In this document: piece by piece, positions 19,930 to 28,699 of the stretch
Numbering within the stretch: position 1 is the first letter of the stretch
How the letters are laid out: each line of letters opens with the position of its first letter
DNA from: Patescibacteria group bacterium
Lineage (GTDB): Bacteria; Patescibacteriota; Minisyncoccia; Phycocordibacterales; Phycocordibacteraceae
Assembly (NCBI GenBank): GCA_019752595.1
Contig: JAIELV010000001.1
Location: 248,486 to 312,485, forward strand
Direction: 5' to 3'
DNA length: 64,000 bases
Position numbers and translations under genes: made by a program
Notes under the pieces: model-generated
Databases searched by the model: none
What the model saw: the letters and a program-made list of their open reading frames with translations, nothing else
Told to the model about the DNA's origin: nothing

Positions 19930-21117
19930 CTACCCTAAAGCACCGAATTTTTTACCCGCAACAGAAAATGCGAGCACTGCCTTCTGTATGTCCTCTTTTG
20001 TGTGCGCTGCTGAAATTTGCACTCTGATACGTGCCTTGCCCTTAGGAACAACGGGGAAACTGAAGCCAATAACGTATATACCCTCTCCCATGAGTTCCTT
20101 GGCCATATCAGCTGCTAGGCGGTCCTCAGGGAGCATAATTGGTGTAATTGGATGTTCTGCGTCAGATACGCTAAAACCTGCTTTTTTCATCTCTTCACGG
20201 AAGAATTTTGTATTCTCCCAGAGTTGCTCACGTATCTCGGGGTGTTTCTGAATATGTTCTAAAACGAACAATGAAACCCCTGCAATTCCTGTATCAAGTG
20301 CGTTTGAGAAAAGGTACGTACGGGAACGTTGACGCAGATATTCAGCAACCTCTTTTCTGGTGGCAGTAAACGCACCACCTGCGCCACCGAGAGCCTTGCC
20401 ATAAGTACCCGTAATGAAATCAACGCGACCCATAACTCCTGCATGTTCATGTGTTCCTCTTCCAGTTTTTCCCATCACCCCCGTTGCGTGCGCGTCATCC
20501 ACAAACACCAAAGCGTTATATTGATCTGCTAAATCGCAAATTTCTTTGAGTGGGGCTACATGTCCATCCATTGAAAATACTCCGTCGGTTACGATAACTT
20601 TCAAACGCTTTCCCGTGACTGTTTTTAATTTTTCTTCCAAATCTGCCATGTCCATGTGCTTATAAATCAATCGTTCGGACTTTGTCAGGCGAATGGCATC
20701 GATAATCGAGGCGTGGTTTAACTCATCGGTAATTATTGCGTCTTCATCAGTAAAAAACGTCTGAAACAGGCCGACGTTTGCCATGAAGCAAGAAGAATAC
20801 AGAACTGCATCTTCTGTCCCTAAAAATTCTGCAGTCTTTTTCTCAAGCTCTTTATGTATTGTTTGAGTCCCGCAAATAAAACGCACAGACGCCAGTCCGA
20901 ACCCCCACCTTTTTATTGCAGCGTCTGATGCTAACCCTAACTCTTCTGTGCCCGAGAGGCCTAAATAATTGTTCGCACAAAAGTTGAGAAGTTTTTTACC
21001 ATCGACGACAATCTCCCTCCCCTGGGGAGAATCAATAACCCGCTCTTCTTTCCAAATCCCAGCATCACGAATTGCCTTGAGCTCTTTCTCTAAAATCGGT
21101 TTCAATGCGTCGTACAT
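19930..21117 (-). CDS. kbl: Glycine C-acetyltransferase (2-amino-3-ketobutyrate CoA ligase)
   Basis: NFCANNYLGL, SVRFICGT, DDAHATG, GTYGKALGG. Confidence 0.95.
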   Translation of the reverse strand: MYDALKPILEKELKAIRDAGIWKEERVIDSPQGREIVVDGKKLLNFCANNYLGLSGTEELGLASDAAIKRWGFGLASVRFICGTQTIHKELEKKTAEFLGTEDAVLYSSCFMANVGLFQTFFTDEDAIITDELNHASIIDAIRLTKSERLIYKHMDMADLEEKLKTVTGKRLKVIVTDGVFSMDGHVAPLKEICDLADQYNALVFVDDAHATGVMGKTGRGTHEHAGVMGRVDFITGTYGKALGGAGGAFTATRKEVAEYLRQRSRTYLFSNALDTGIAGVSLFVLEHIQKHPEIREQLWENTKFFREEMKKAGFSVSDAEHPITPIMLPEDRLAADMAKELMGEGIYVIGFSFPVVPKGKARIRVQISAAHTKEDIQKAVLAFSVAGKKFGALG

Positions 21118-21119
21118 GG

Positions 21120-22313
21120 TTATCCGTTTATTTTGAAGAGGATCTTGGGATTTTCACTCATCGCCTTTTCAAAACTCTCAGGAGTAAAAGACTTAAAATC
21201 AAGAATTGTCGCTCTGCCCTCTTTAAGAATCGTTTTCCAAATAGCATCTTGTATACCGTTTGTTTTATCTTGTAAGACGCGCTGAGCAATCTGCCAGGTA
21301 CGAAAAATCTGACGTCCGATGATGTTGTGAATCGTTAATCCTCGAACCACAACTCTAGAGAATTTAGGAATTACCAAATCGCCGTCCTTAATGCCGAAGA
21401 AGATAACATTCCCCCCTCTTCTGGTTGCATCTATGCAGTTGTTAACGGAGGAAAACGGGCCTGCCATTTCCATTGAAACGTCCACACCCTTACCATACGT
21501 AAGTTCCATAATCCGTGAAATTACTTCAGGATCGGAATCCCACTCATTCGTCTTTTCTTTCTTTTGAATTTGAATAGTTTCGTGTGCGCCCAACTCTTTG
21601 GCAATGCGTAGATTTTCTGGATTCACGTCAACGGCTATCACTTTCGCAGCACCAAAGTTTCGCGCCAAAAGAACAGAAAAAAGTCCCACGGGCCCACAGC
21701 CGAATACGGCGACACGCTGACCGCGCAAATCAACCGCGGTAGCTGAATGAACGGCATTCCCGAACGGATCGTAAATTGCTGCAATTTCAGGACGAACGCG
21801 AGTTGTGTCCACTGGCCACAAATTCTTTGCTGGCACTTTCACATATTCAGCAAAAATACCGTCGATAGAAATGCCGAGGATTGCTTCGTTCAAGCACACC
21901 TCTCCTTCGCCTAACCGACACTGGTAACAACGCCCGCAGGTGATATGGGAATCGCCAGATACCACGCTCCCTACTTCTACTTTCGCTTTATTTTGTGGGT
22001 CAGGATCGTGATACAACCGATGAACCATCGAGCCGACTTGGATTATCTCTCCAACAAATTCGTGGCCTGTGATGCGCACTTTCTTACCCTCTTTTGCGAG
22101 AGAGTCATGCACCATGTCTTTAAATGCTGTTCGATGCCACAATCCGCGATCTGAGCCACACACTCCTGCGTATTTGATTTTGAGTATGACTGAAAGCGCA
22201 TCTTCGGGATTTTTCGTCTCATCCAAAACAGGCATTGGCACTTCTTCCATCTGAAAACCCTTCTTCTCCCAACCGTTCTCAAGGTTAAGCGTCAGTGCTT
22301 TGACGGTATTCAT
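21120..22313 (-). CDS. tdh: L-threonine 3-dehydrogenase (Zn-dependent)
   Basis: GVCGSD, GHEFVG, CGRCYQC..C, DPFGNAVH; adjacent to kbl. Confidence 0.88.
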   Translation of the reverse strand: MNTVKALTLNLENGWEKKGFQMEEVPMPVLDETKNPEDALSVILKIKYAGVCGSDRGLWHRTAFKDMVHDSLAKEGKKVRITGHEFVGEIIQVGSMVHRLYHDPDPQNKAKVEVGSVVSGDSHITCGRCYQCRLGEGEVCLNEAILGISIDGIFAEYVKVPAKNLWPVDTTRVRPEIAAIYDPFGNAVHSATAVDLRGQRVAVFGCGPVGLFSVLLARNFGAAKVIAVDVNPENLRIAKELGAHETIQIQKKEKTNEWDSDPEVISRIMELTYGKGVDVSMEMAGPFSSVNNCIDATRRGGNVIFFGIKDGDLVIPKFSRVVVRGLTIHNIIGRQIFRTWQIAQRVLQDKTNGIQDAIWKTILKEGRATILDFKSFTPESFEKAMSENPKILFKING

Positions 22314-22433
22314 TGCTCTATTCTATACCAGAGCGAGAGAGAAAAGTAACAAAACCCCGCCTTGCTGGCGAAACATCACTCCGCCCGTCCACAAAGCAAA
22401 AAACCTGTCGCAGGACAGGTGTTTTGGTCTTTG

Positions 22434-22506
22434 TGGACCCTATCGGATTCGAACCGATGACCTCCTCATTGCAAATGAGGCGCTCTACCAACTAAGCTAA
22501 GGGCCC
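22434..22506 (-). tRNA. tRNA-Ala(TGC)
   Basis: Minus strand GGGCCCTTAGCTTAGTTGGTAGAGCG-CCTCA-TTTGCAA-TGAGG...GGTTCGAATCC...GGGTCCA; G3:U70. Confidence 0.95.
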
Positions 22507-22515
22507 TTTTCAGGG

Positions 22516-22848
22516 CTATGTGATTCTATCAACTTTTGCAGCTAAAATAAAGTCGTTTTCCGATAGACCATTAATTGCATCTGTGGTCAAAAATACACTC
22601 ACTTTCCCCCACTGAACCGTCAACACAGGGTGGTGACCCTCCTCTTCTGCAAGTTCTCCCACTTTGTCAGCAAACGTAATGGCTTCTTTAAAATTTTTGA
22701 AGATGAATTTTCTAGAAATTGAAAGTCCATCATCCGAAACGTTCCATTCAGGCACTTCAGGTTGATACGTTGCTATCTGCTCACGTGTCAGCGGTGGAAT
22801 ACCGCCTTCACATGCAACACATTTTTTATCTGTTAGATGAATGTTCAT
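22516..22848 (-). CDS. Pterin-4a-carbinolamine dehydratase
   Basis: CVACEGG, AEEEGHHP, GLSENDFILAAKVD. Confidence 0.9.
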   Translation of the reverse strand: MNIHLTDKKCVACEGGIPPLTREQIATYQPEVPEWNVSDDGLSISRKFIFKNFKEAITFADKVGELAEEEGHHPVLTVQWGKVSVFLTTDAINGLSENDFILAAKVDRIT

Positions 22849-22868
22849 TGTGCAAGTCTGCCGTGCTG

Positions 22869-22898
22869 ATAACTGATATGATATATCATATCAGTGAT
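22869..22898. repeat. 30-bp palindrome family P1, copy 1 (one mismatch)
   Basis: ATAACTGATATGATATATCATATCAGTGAT, 2 nt after the ddl stop codon. Confidence 0.95.
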
Positions 22899-22900
22899 TA

Positions 22901-23878
22901 TTATGTACGGCGTTTATTCTCTATAGCGTATTTAATAATATGGTCCAAAAACTCTTCATAAGAAATGCCCACCGCAGCGAGTGATTTGGGCAACAAAGAC
23001 TCTTTTGTAAGACCCACACCTGCCGCGCTGTTTGTTTCCAAAAAATATACTCCACGCGGACTCACCATAAAATCGGATCGAGAATAGCCACTCTGACCAA
23101 GCGCTTCATGCGCAAGCTTCGCGAGTCGTTGAATTTCTGCAGTTTCTTCTTTAGAAAAATTTCCAGGAACTCGCTCCACTGTTTCTCCGTTGTATTTTAC
23201 TTCACGGTCAAAAAAGGCGGCTTTCGGCGGAGGAACAATTTCAATAGGAAGTAGGCTGTAAATCTTCTCGCCTCGTAACCCCTCCACAACCCCTGCGGTC
23301 GCTTCTTTCCCTTTTATATACTCTTCTACCAACACCGAAGAGGAGTGTTCAAAAGCCTTTCGAACACCTTCCATAAATTCTTCAAAGGTTTTTGCCAAAG
23401 TCATACCAACGGAAGAGCCTGCAGATGCTGGCTTCACGATGACAGGCGGAGAGAACGAGCGGAATGCGTCGCGAGCTTCTTTTTCGAGATCTGGGCTCAC
23501 CTTCAAAACTTTGTGGCGAGGCATGCGCACACCCTCTTTCGCAAGCACTTCCTTCGAGAGTGGTTTATTCAAAGAAAGTGCTGCGGCGTAAGCTCCTGCG
23601 CCTGTATACGGAATACCAATGCGGTCTAAAATCCTCTGGACGCTCCCATCCTCTCCGTATTGCCCGTGAAGCACGTTAATTGCCACATCTGCGTCCAAAA
23701 GTGCTCTATCGGGCGAGAGAGGAATACCGCGCGCATGCCACACTCCTTCTTTGTCGATAAATATGTCAAGTGGTCGGTACGGCTCCCGTTGCAGTTTTTC
23801 CAAAATATTAGCCCCCGTTAAAAGCGAAATATCATGCTCACTAGAAGGACCTCCGCGAAGTACTGCAACTTTTATCAT
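22901..23878 (-). CDS. ddl: D-alanine--D-alanine ligase
   Basis: GGPSSEHDISL, LHGQYGEDG, KPASAGSSVG, omega loop FFDREVKY. Confidence 0.95.
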   Translation of the reverse strand: MIKVAVLRGGPSSEHDISLLTGANILEKLQREPYRPLDIFIDKEGVWHARGIPLSPDRALLDADVAINVLHGQYGEDGSVQRILDRIGIPYTGAGAYAAALSLNKPLSKEVLAKEGVRMPRHKVLKVSPDLEKEARDAFRSFSPPVIVKPASAGSSVGMTLAKTFEEFMEGVRKAFEHSSSVLVEEYIKGKEATAGVVEGLRGEKIYSLLPIEIVPPPKAAFFDREVKYNGETVERVPGNFSKEETAEIQRLAKLAHEALGQSGYSRSDFMVSPRGVYFLETNSAAGVGLTKESLLPKSLAAVGISYEEFLDHIIKYAIENKRRT

Positions 23879-23922
23879 CTCAGTATTCTAACCCACGCAA
23901 AAACCAATCGGTTTCTGAAACT

Positions 23923-25152
23923 CTACATCCTTTTCCTCAGTGCCCTGCGATGCCGATTAATTGCAAATCGGTGCGCTTCAGCATTTGCTAAAAGTATCGA
24001 TGATTCATGCACATTTCTCACTGTAGGCGCACCCAAGATATTTTTTGGCTTATGGCGTTCGTCTTTCACCACAGAAACAACCTCCGCGTCCCCCATTCCA
24101 GCAAGTTTTAAAAAGGCTTTCGCGTGCTTTAAATGCGTTGCCCCGCCGTCAATTACTACTACCTGCGGATACTGCCATTCACGATGTTTAGCTCTACGCT
24201 CAATCACTTCAGAAAGTGCGGCAATATCATCTCCCGCTTTCGCCTTGCGTATCGTAAACGTTCTGTATTCTTTTGATTCAAGTTCGCCATCAATAACAAC
24301 AGTCATAACCCCCCGAGTTGCATCACCACGTATATGGGCTATGTCGTATGCCTCAATCCTGAAAGATGCCGTCTCAGGAGTTCGGTACTCTTCTTTGATG
24401 AGCGTGACATCACGTATGTGCTCAAGCGCGAACACTTGGCGCTTCAGAATCTCAGCCTCTTCAAACCTTTCACCTTTTGCCGCGTGTGCCATTGCACGCT
24501 TCAATGACTGTACGAGAGAGCGTTTTTTGCCATCGAAAAGTTCACACACGTATTTCACTGTTTTGACGTATGCGTTTTCGTCCATGTCGGACGGATACAA
24601 TCCTATTGATTGATTGAATGTTACATGTTTCGCCTGTGCGGGAGTGAGAGAGGAAGTTATAGGAAACGGAGTATCGAAAAATGGGAATATTTTCCTTACT
24701 ATTTTTAATGCTTCGCGTAATTGAGCGGCGCTCAGGAACGGCCCAAAAAGTTTTTTAATTTTTGATGGGGGGAATGTTGCGGAGAGTTCCCGTTCTCTGA
24801 CTACCAGGAAACGCGGGTAGCGCTCTTTGGTTACCACCAAATATGCAAAACTTTTGTTGTCCTTTTGGTCGGTGTTTCCAGGGGGAAGAAGTTTTTTGAT
24901 GAGTTTTGCTTCAAGAATAAGCGCCTCTAACACGGAGTCGGTTTCTTCTACTGAAACAGAAAACGCATCACGAACGACTTTTTCAATCAGCGGACTCCGC
25001 ACGTCAGCAATGTCATTCGCAAAATAACTTTTTATCCTATCTCGAAGTGACGTGGCTTTGCCGACATAGAGCGCCTTCCCTTCTTCGGTTTTAAACTGAT
25101 ATACACCAGGAGCGTCAGGAACTTCTTTCCAATTAATATCGGCTTTCTTCAT
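23923..25152 (-). CDS. uvrC: Excinuclease ABC subunit C, lacking C-terminal HhH
   Basis: GIY-YIG (PGVY..YVGKA), UVR domain, IEAYDIAH and IDGG RNase H-like domain. Confidence 0.9.
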   Translation of the reverse strand: MKKADINWKEVPDAPGVYQFKTEEGKALYVGKATSLRDRIKSYFANDIADVRSPLIEKVVRDAFSVSVEETDSVLEALILEAKLIKKLLPPGNTDQKDNKSFAYLVVTKERYPRFLVVRERELSATFPPSKIKKLFGPFLSAAQLREALKIVRKIFPFFDTPFPITSSLTPAQAKHVTFNQSIGLYPSDMDENAYVKTVKYVCELFDGKKRSLVQSLKRAMAHAAKGERFEEAEILKRQVFALEHIRDVTLIKEEYRTPETASFRIEAYDIAHIRGDATRGVMTVVIDGELESKEYRTFTIRKAKAGDDIAALSEVIERRAKHREWQYPQVVVIDGGATHLKHAKAFLKLAGMGDAEVVSVVKDERHKPKNILGAPTVRNVHESSILLANAEAHRFAINRHRRALRKRM

Positions 25153-25203
25153 TCACGAGAATAGTACACTATTCCGCTCTTCTTAAAACTGGCGCTCGAA
25201 TAC

Positions 25204-26622
25204 TTATATTTCTTCGAACGTTGGCAATATTTTGATAGTAGCGGAGCGAGTGACAGGTAAACCTCCAAGATCGGTACATGAAAGCCTATACGTTACTTCG
25301 CTGTTGATAGCGCTCGTTGTCTTTGTTCCTGACGCTCCCGAAAGTGTCCATGAATCACCGTTTCCTGAAAGTGTGCACGAACCCGCCTGCACATCGACAA
25401 CGCTCCAGGTAAGAACCGTGGTCGTTCCTGGACGCACTGAGCGCGCAGTAGGCACAAGTGTCAGTTGTGCGTCAGCCGATGATTCGCTGTCATCAGCAAG
25501 AGAGCTACACTGCGGATCAAAACCTGCTCCAATGCCATAATCTTCAAAAGTATCACCGTCGTTGTCGATGCCGTCTTCGCACTCTTTCGGATTGTACTCA
25601 TCATTGTCAGAAGAGCTGGTGCATCCGCGATCGCCAGGAGGAACGGGATAATCGAGCTTGCCGTCACCGTCGTTGTCGATGCCGTCTTCACATTGTGCTG
25701 GATTTGCTTCGCTAGTATCGGCAAGCGATACACAACCAGAATCGTTGTTGACACCAAAACCAAAGTCTATTTTTGTATCTCCGTCATTGTCATTCCCATC
25801 AGAACATGCGGGATTTGCAGGATCGGTTTCATTATCGTCGGATGCGTTAATACAACCTGGGTCGGGATTACCACCACCAAAGTCTACTTTCCCGTCTCCG
25901 TCGTTGTCGACACTGTCTGCACATTGCGCAACGGTAGATGTTGTCTCGGAATCGTCCTGCGCGTTTATACAACCTGGATCTCCTCCAGAAAAATCAGTTA
26001 GACCGTCGCTGTCGTTGTCGATGCCGTCCGCGCATTGCGCAGGTGTTTCTCGACAGGCAACGCCAGAGCCAACAACGCCGTACGTAGGACCCTTGAACGA
26101 AAGCCAGCCGACAGTAGAGGTGTCAGCATCTGAACCGCCTCCCCATGCGTATCCTTCCCACGAACATCCAACCGCTTTTACCTGGTGCCCAGTTCCTGCA
26201 AGATGGAGCCACCCGCCCCACCCACCGATTTCTTGCGATGCTCCAGCACCCGCAATCGCGCGTGCCCATCCAGATGCTAAACCTGTTGTTTTATTAAAAC
26301 GCGCTTCGCATGGAGAGGTAGGGCAACCCGCAAGATCTGCAGAATTAAAAGATACCCAGCCAGCGTTTGAAGACCATGCGTAGCCTGACATTAAGCCACT
26401 CGTGTCAACTTTTACTCCGTAGTTTGTGGAGGCGCACGATCCTGCGGTGGTGCAGTTCATCGAAACCCACCCAATTGTTGAAGACCAGCCGTATCCTGAG
26501 AGATTATCTGTTGATGCTGCACGCACCATATGCACCGCGCCCCACACCGAAACAGCGAACAACGCGAAAAGAAAAAGTCCGAGGAGAAAACGGCCACGTG
26601 CTATTTGAAAAATATTTTGCAT
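25204..26622 (-). CDS. Secreted protein with five Cys-bracketed DxDxDG Ca-binding-type repeats
   Basis: Signal peptide; GYAWS..GWVS repeats; 5x C.DG.DNDGD...D..C; Ig-like C-terminus. Confidence 0.85.
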   Translation of the reverse strand: MQNIFQIARGRFLLGLFLFALFAVSVWGAVHMVRAASTDNLSGYGWSSTIGWVSMNCTTAGSCASTNYGVKVDTSGLMSGYAWSSNAGWVSFNSADLAGCPTSPCEARFNKTTGLASGWARAIAGAGASQEIGGWGGWLHLAGTGHQVKAVGCSWEGYAWGGGSDADTSTVGWLSFKGPTYGVVGSGVACRETPAQCADGIDNDSDGLTDFSGGDPGCINAQDDSETTSTVAQCADSVDNDGDGKVDFGGGNPDPGCINASDDNETDPANPACSDGNDNDGDTKIDFGFGVNNDSGCVSLADTSEANPAQCEDGIDNDGDGKLDYPVPPGDRGCTSSSDNDEYNPKECEDGIDNDGDTFEDYGIGAGFDPQCSSLADDSESSADAQLTLVPTARSVRPGTTTVLTWSVVDVQAGSCTLSGNGDSWTLSGASGTKTTSAINSEVTYRLSCTDLGGLPVTRSATIKILPTFEEI

Positions 26623-26631
26623 ATACCTGAT

Positions 26632-27234
26632 TTATTGCATTAAAACGCTGCCACCATACCCTGATTCGTAGGCTCCTTCGTACCCTGCTTGATAATTCCC
26701 TTGAGAATAGGCAGGGGCAAAAGGACTTGTTCTCCATATTGTTCCTGGAGAAACGACAACAGAACCTGTGCATGAAAGTCTGGAATAGGTACAGTATTTC
26801 CAACCCGCACAGTCAGCGCTCGAGACCCACGAGCAGTGTGCCCAACTCATAGGAATCCACCCTGCGCTTATTTCTGCTGCTGAAAGAACACATCCGACGC
26901 CAACAGGAGTTCTATCCCCAGGATCTTGATTCTGTTTCACCATGATGTTCAAGGAGCATGTTGCAGGTTGTGCAATCCACGACCACTCAGTAATACAACT
27001 CTCACCAATACAAAAACCGTCTGTTGCTCCTATCGCGTCGGCCCAAAAACTGCCTTTCTTCTCTTGGTACGTGAGACTCGAATCAATAAGTGCTGGTGGA
27101 TTCCCTCCAGGAGGAAGCGCGAGAGAGTTTGAATAGTTTGCAGCGAACGCCGAGGTACCCAAAACCAAAAGGCTCAAAAAAACAGTGAGTGTGTTTCTCA
27201 GAATGCTTCCAGTTTTTTGTGAAGTCTGTTGCAT
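26632..27234 (-). CDS. Secreted Cys-rich protein, paralog 3
   Basis: Signal peptide; PPGGN...Q.K.GSFWADAIGATDGFCIGESCI. Confidence 0.85.
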   Translation of the reverse strand: MQQTSQKTGSILRNTLTVFLSLLVLGTSAFAANYSNSLALPPGGNPPALIDSSLTYQEKKGSFWADAIGATDGFCIGESCITEWSWIAQPATCSLNIMVKQNQDPGDRTPVGVGCVLSAAEISAGWIPMSWAHCSWVSSADCAGWKYCTYSRLSCTGSVVVSPGTIWRTSPFAPAYSQGNYQAGYEGAYESGYGGSVLMQ

Positions 27235-27240
27235 AGGTTT

Positions 27241-27756
27241 TTATCGAGTTACCGTGCCAGGTGCAATGGTGACAGACCCCCCACACACCAAGCGTGTAAA
27301 GGAACAGTATTGAGGACCAGAACAGTCACGACTACGAACGCTTGTACAGTGGTCCCAGCTTCCAACAATCCATCCTGCAGCTGCATCAGCACTCGAAACT
27401 GTGCATCCGATACCTACCGTGTAACTGCTTTGCGGATCTTGGTTTTGGATTTTCTTTGTTTCAAGGTGACACGGTGAGCCTGTGGAACCTGCGGGCCAGG
27501 AGTTTATACAACTCTCACCAATACAATATCCATCGTTTGAACCTATTGAATCAGCCCAAAAATCTCCTGTTTTTGTTTGGTCAGTACTGCCTACGTTCAA
27601 CGGTGCATTCACGTTGCCCACAGGTGGGTTTGAGCCAGGTTCGGAAAAATTCGCCGCAGAAACGATACCAAACACCAACAAAAAACCGAATAGAGCAACA
27701 ACTACGTCTTTCACGAGTGAGACTGCGGCAACTTTGATGGTGTTATTTTGAATCAT
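27241..27756 (-). CDS. Secreted Cys-rich protein, paralog 2
   Basis: PPVGNVNAPLNVG..Q.KTGDFWADSIGSNDGYCIGESCI; start ATG 27756. Confidence 0.85.
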   Translation of the reverse strand: MIQNNTIKVAAVSLVKDVVVALFGFLLVFGIVSAANFSEPGSNPPVGNVNAPLNVGSTDQTKTGDFWADSIGSNDGYCIGESCINSWPAGSTGSPCHLETKKIQNQDPQSSYTVGIGCTVSSADAAAGWIVGSWDHCTSVRSRDCSGPQYCSFTRLVCGGSVTIAPGTVTR

Positions 27757-27760
27757 ATGT

Positions 27761-28357
27761 TTATTGAGTAGTGTCGGAGAATCCACCACCACCGTCTCCT
27801 CCTCCGCCACCGCCACCGCCACCATAAGAACCTTGCGAGTACTGTGGTACGTAATTCTCCTGTGTCACAATTCCTGGCTCAATAACCACATTGCCCGTGC
27901 ATGAAACCTGCTGGTATACGCAGTAATATGGCCACGCGCAGTCTGAACTTCGGACCGACGTGCAGTAGTCCCAACTCACCAATGTCCATCCTGCGGCGGT
28001 TTCTTGTGCGGAAGGAATACATCCGACACCCATTGCGCCAGGGTTATGGTCTTCACGAATCATAGTGTTTAGCTGACATGAAGAACCTGCCGCGCCTGCA
28101 GGCCATGCGGTAATACAACTTGCGCCGATACAGAAGCCGTCTGTTGCGCCTATTGAATCAGCCCAAAAATCTCCTGTCTTTTCCTGGTATTCAACGCCCG
28201 CATTCACTGGTGGTGCCACATTCCCCGCGGGTGGGTTGGTCGAGGGTTCAGTCATATTTGCCGCATACGCCACACCCGCAATGACGGATGCACAGACAAG
28301 AACTCCGAGTACTAGACGAAGACTTTCTCTAAAAAAACTTTTTAAAAATGCCGACAT
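27761..28357 (-). CDS. Secreted Cys-rich protein, paralog 1, poly-Gly tail
   Basis: PPAGNVAPPVNAG..QEKTGDFWADSIGATDGFCIGASCI. Confidence 0.85.
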   Translation of the reverse strand: MSAFLKSFFRESLRLVLGVLVCASVIAGVAYAANMTEPSTNPPAGNVAPPVNAGVEYQEKTGDFWADSIGATDGFCIGASCITAWPAGAAGSSCQLNTMIREDHNPGAMGVGCIPSAQETAAGWTLVSWDYCTSVRSSDCAWPYYCVYQQVSCTGNVVIEPGIVTQENYVPQYSQGSYGGGGGGGGGDGGGGFSDTTQ

Positions 28358-28371
28358 GCAAAACGTGCAGT

Positions 28372-28611
28372 CTATTGACCTAACTCATTAAGAAGACTTG
28401 CTCTGTCTTGCGACGTAAGTCCATCTGAATCAGGATTATCGGGGAGCGTATCGAGAATGGCCTGCGCCTCCTGCGGTTCTATTACCTTCTCTTCCAAACT
28501 TTTCGTATACAAACCCTGGTATCCGATAAAACACAAAAGCACGATAACCACGAAGAACAGAAAAGCGAGGAAGGCTTTTTGCGAATCAGGAGAATACTGG
28601 GATAAGTTCAT
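28372..28611 (-). CDS. Small single-TM protein heading the surface-protein cluster
   Basis: One TM; ATG 6 nt after TATCAT. Confidence 0.7.
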   Translation of the reverse strand: MNLSQYSPDSQKAFLAFLFFVVIVLLCFIGYQGLYTKSLEEKVIEPQEAQAILDTLPDNPDSDGLTSQDRASLLNELGQ

Positions 28612-28699
28612 ACGTACATGATACCCCCGCACACTATCTGCGCGAAAAGGCGTGTGGAAAAGAAACAGACATAATGTTGAGTAGGAAAAATTTCAAGGA

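Noticed and set aside
23834-24613. Long antisense ORFs (for example 23834-24613, 25658-26383, 48711-49238, 49763-50302, 53949-54485)
   Set aside because: They are shadows of well-supported genes on the opposite strand, with no motifs of their own.
23923-25152. uvrC as a pseudogene
   Set aside because: Both nuclease domains are intact and the ORF ends cleanly; loss of the HhH tail alone does not show inactivation.
25480-26040. Recurring CCGTCGTTGTCGATGCCGTC-like DNA repeats as a possible CRISPR array
   Set aside because: They are degenerate, in frame, and encode the DGIDNDGDG protein repeats; no cas genes are present.
27784-27823. CCA/CCG/CCT triplet run as a phase-variable repeat
   Set aside because: Mixed codons encoding poly-Gly; slippage would stay in frame.
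26632-28357. Diversity-generating retroelement or shufflon behind the three paralogs
   Set aside because: No reverse transcriptase or invertase in the window, no template/variable pair with adenine-specific differences, and all copies are complete co-directional genes.
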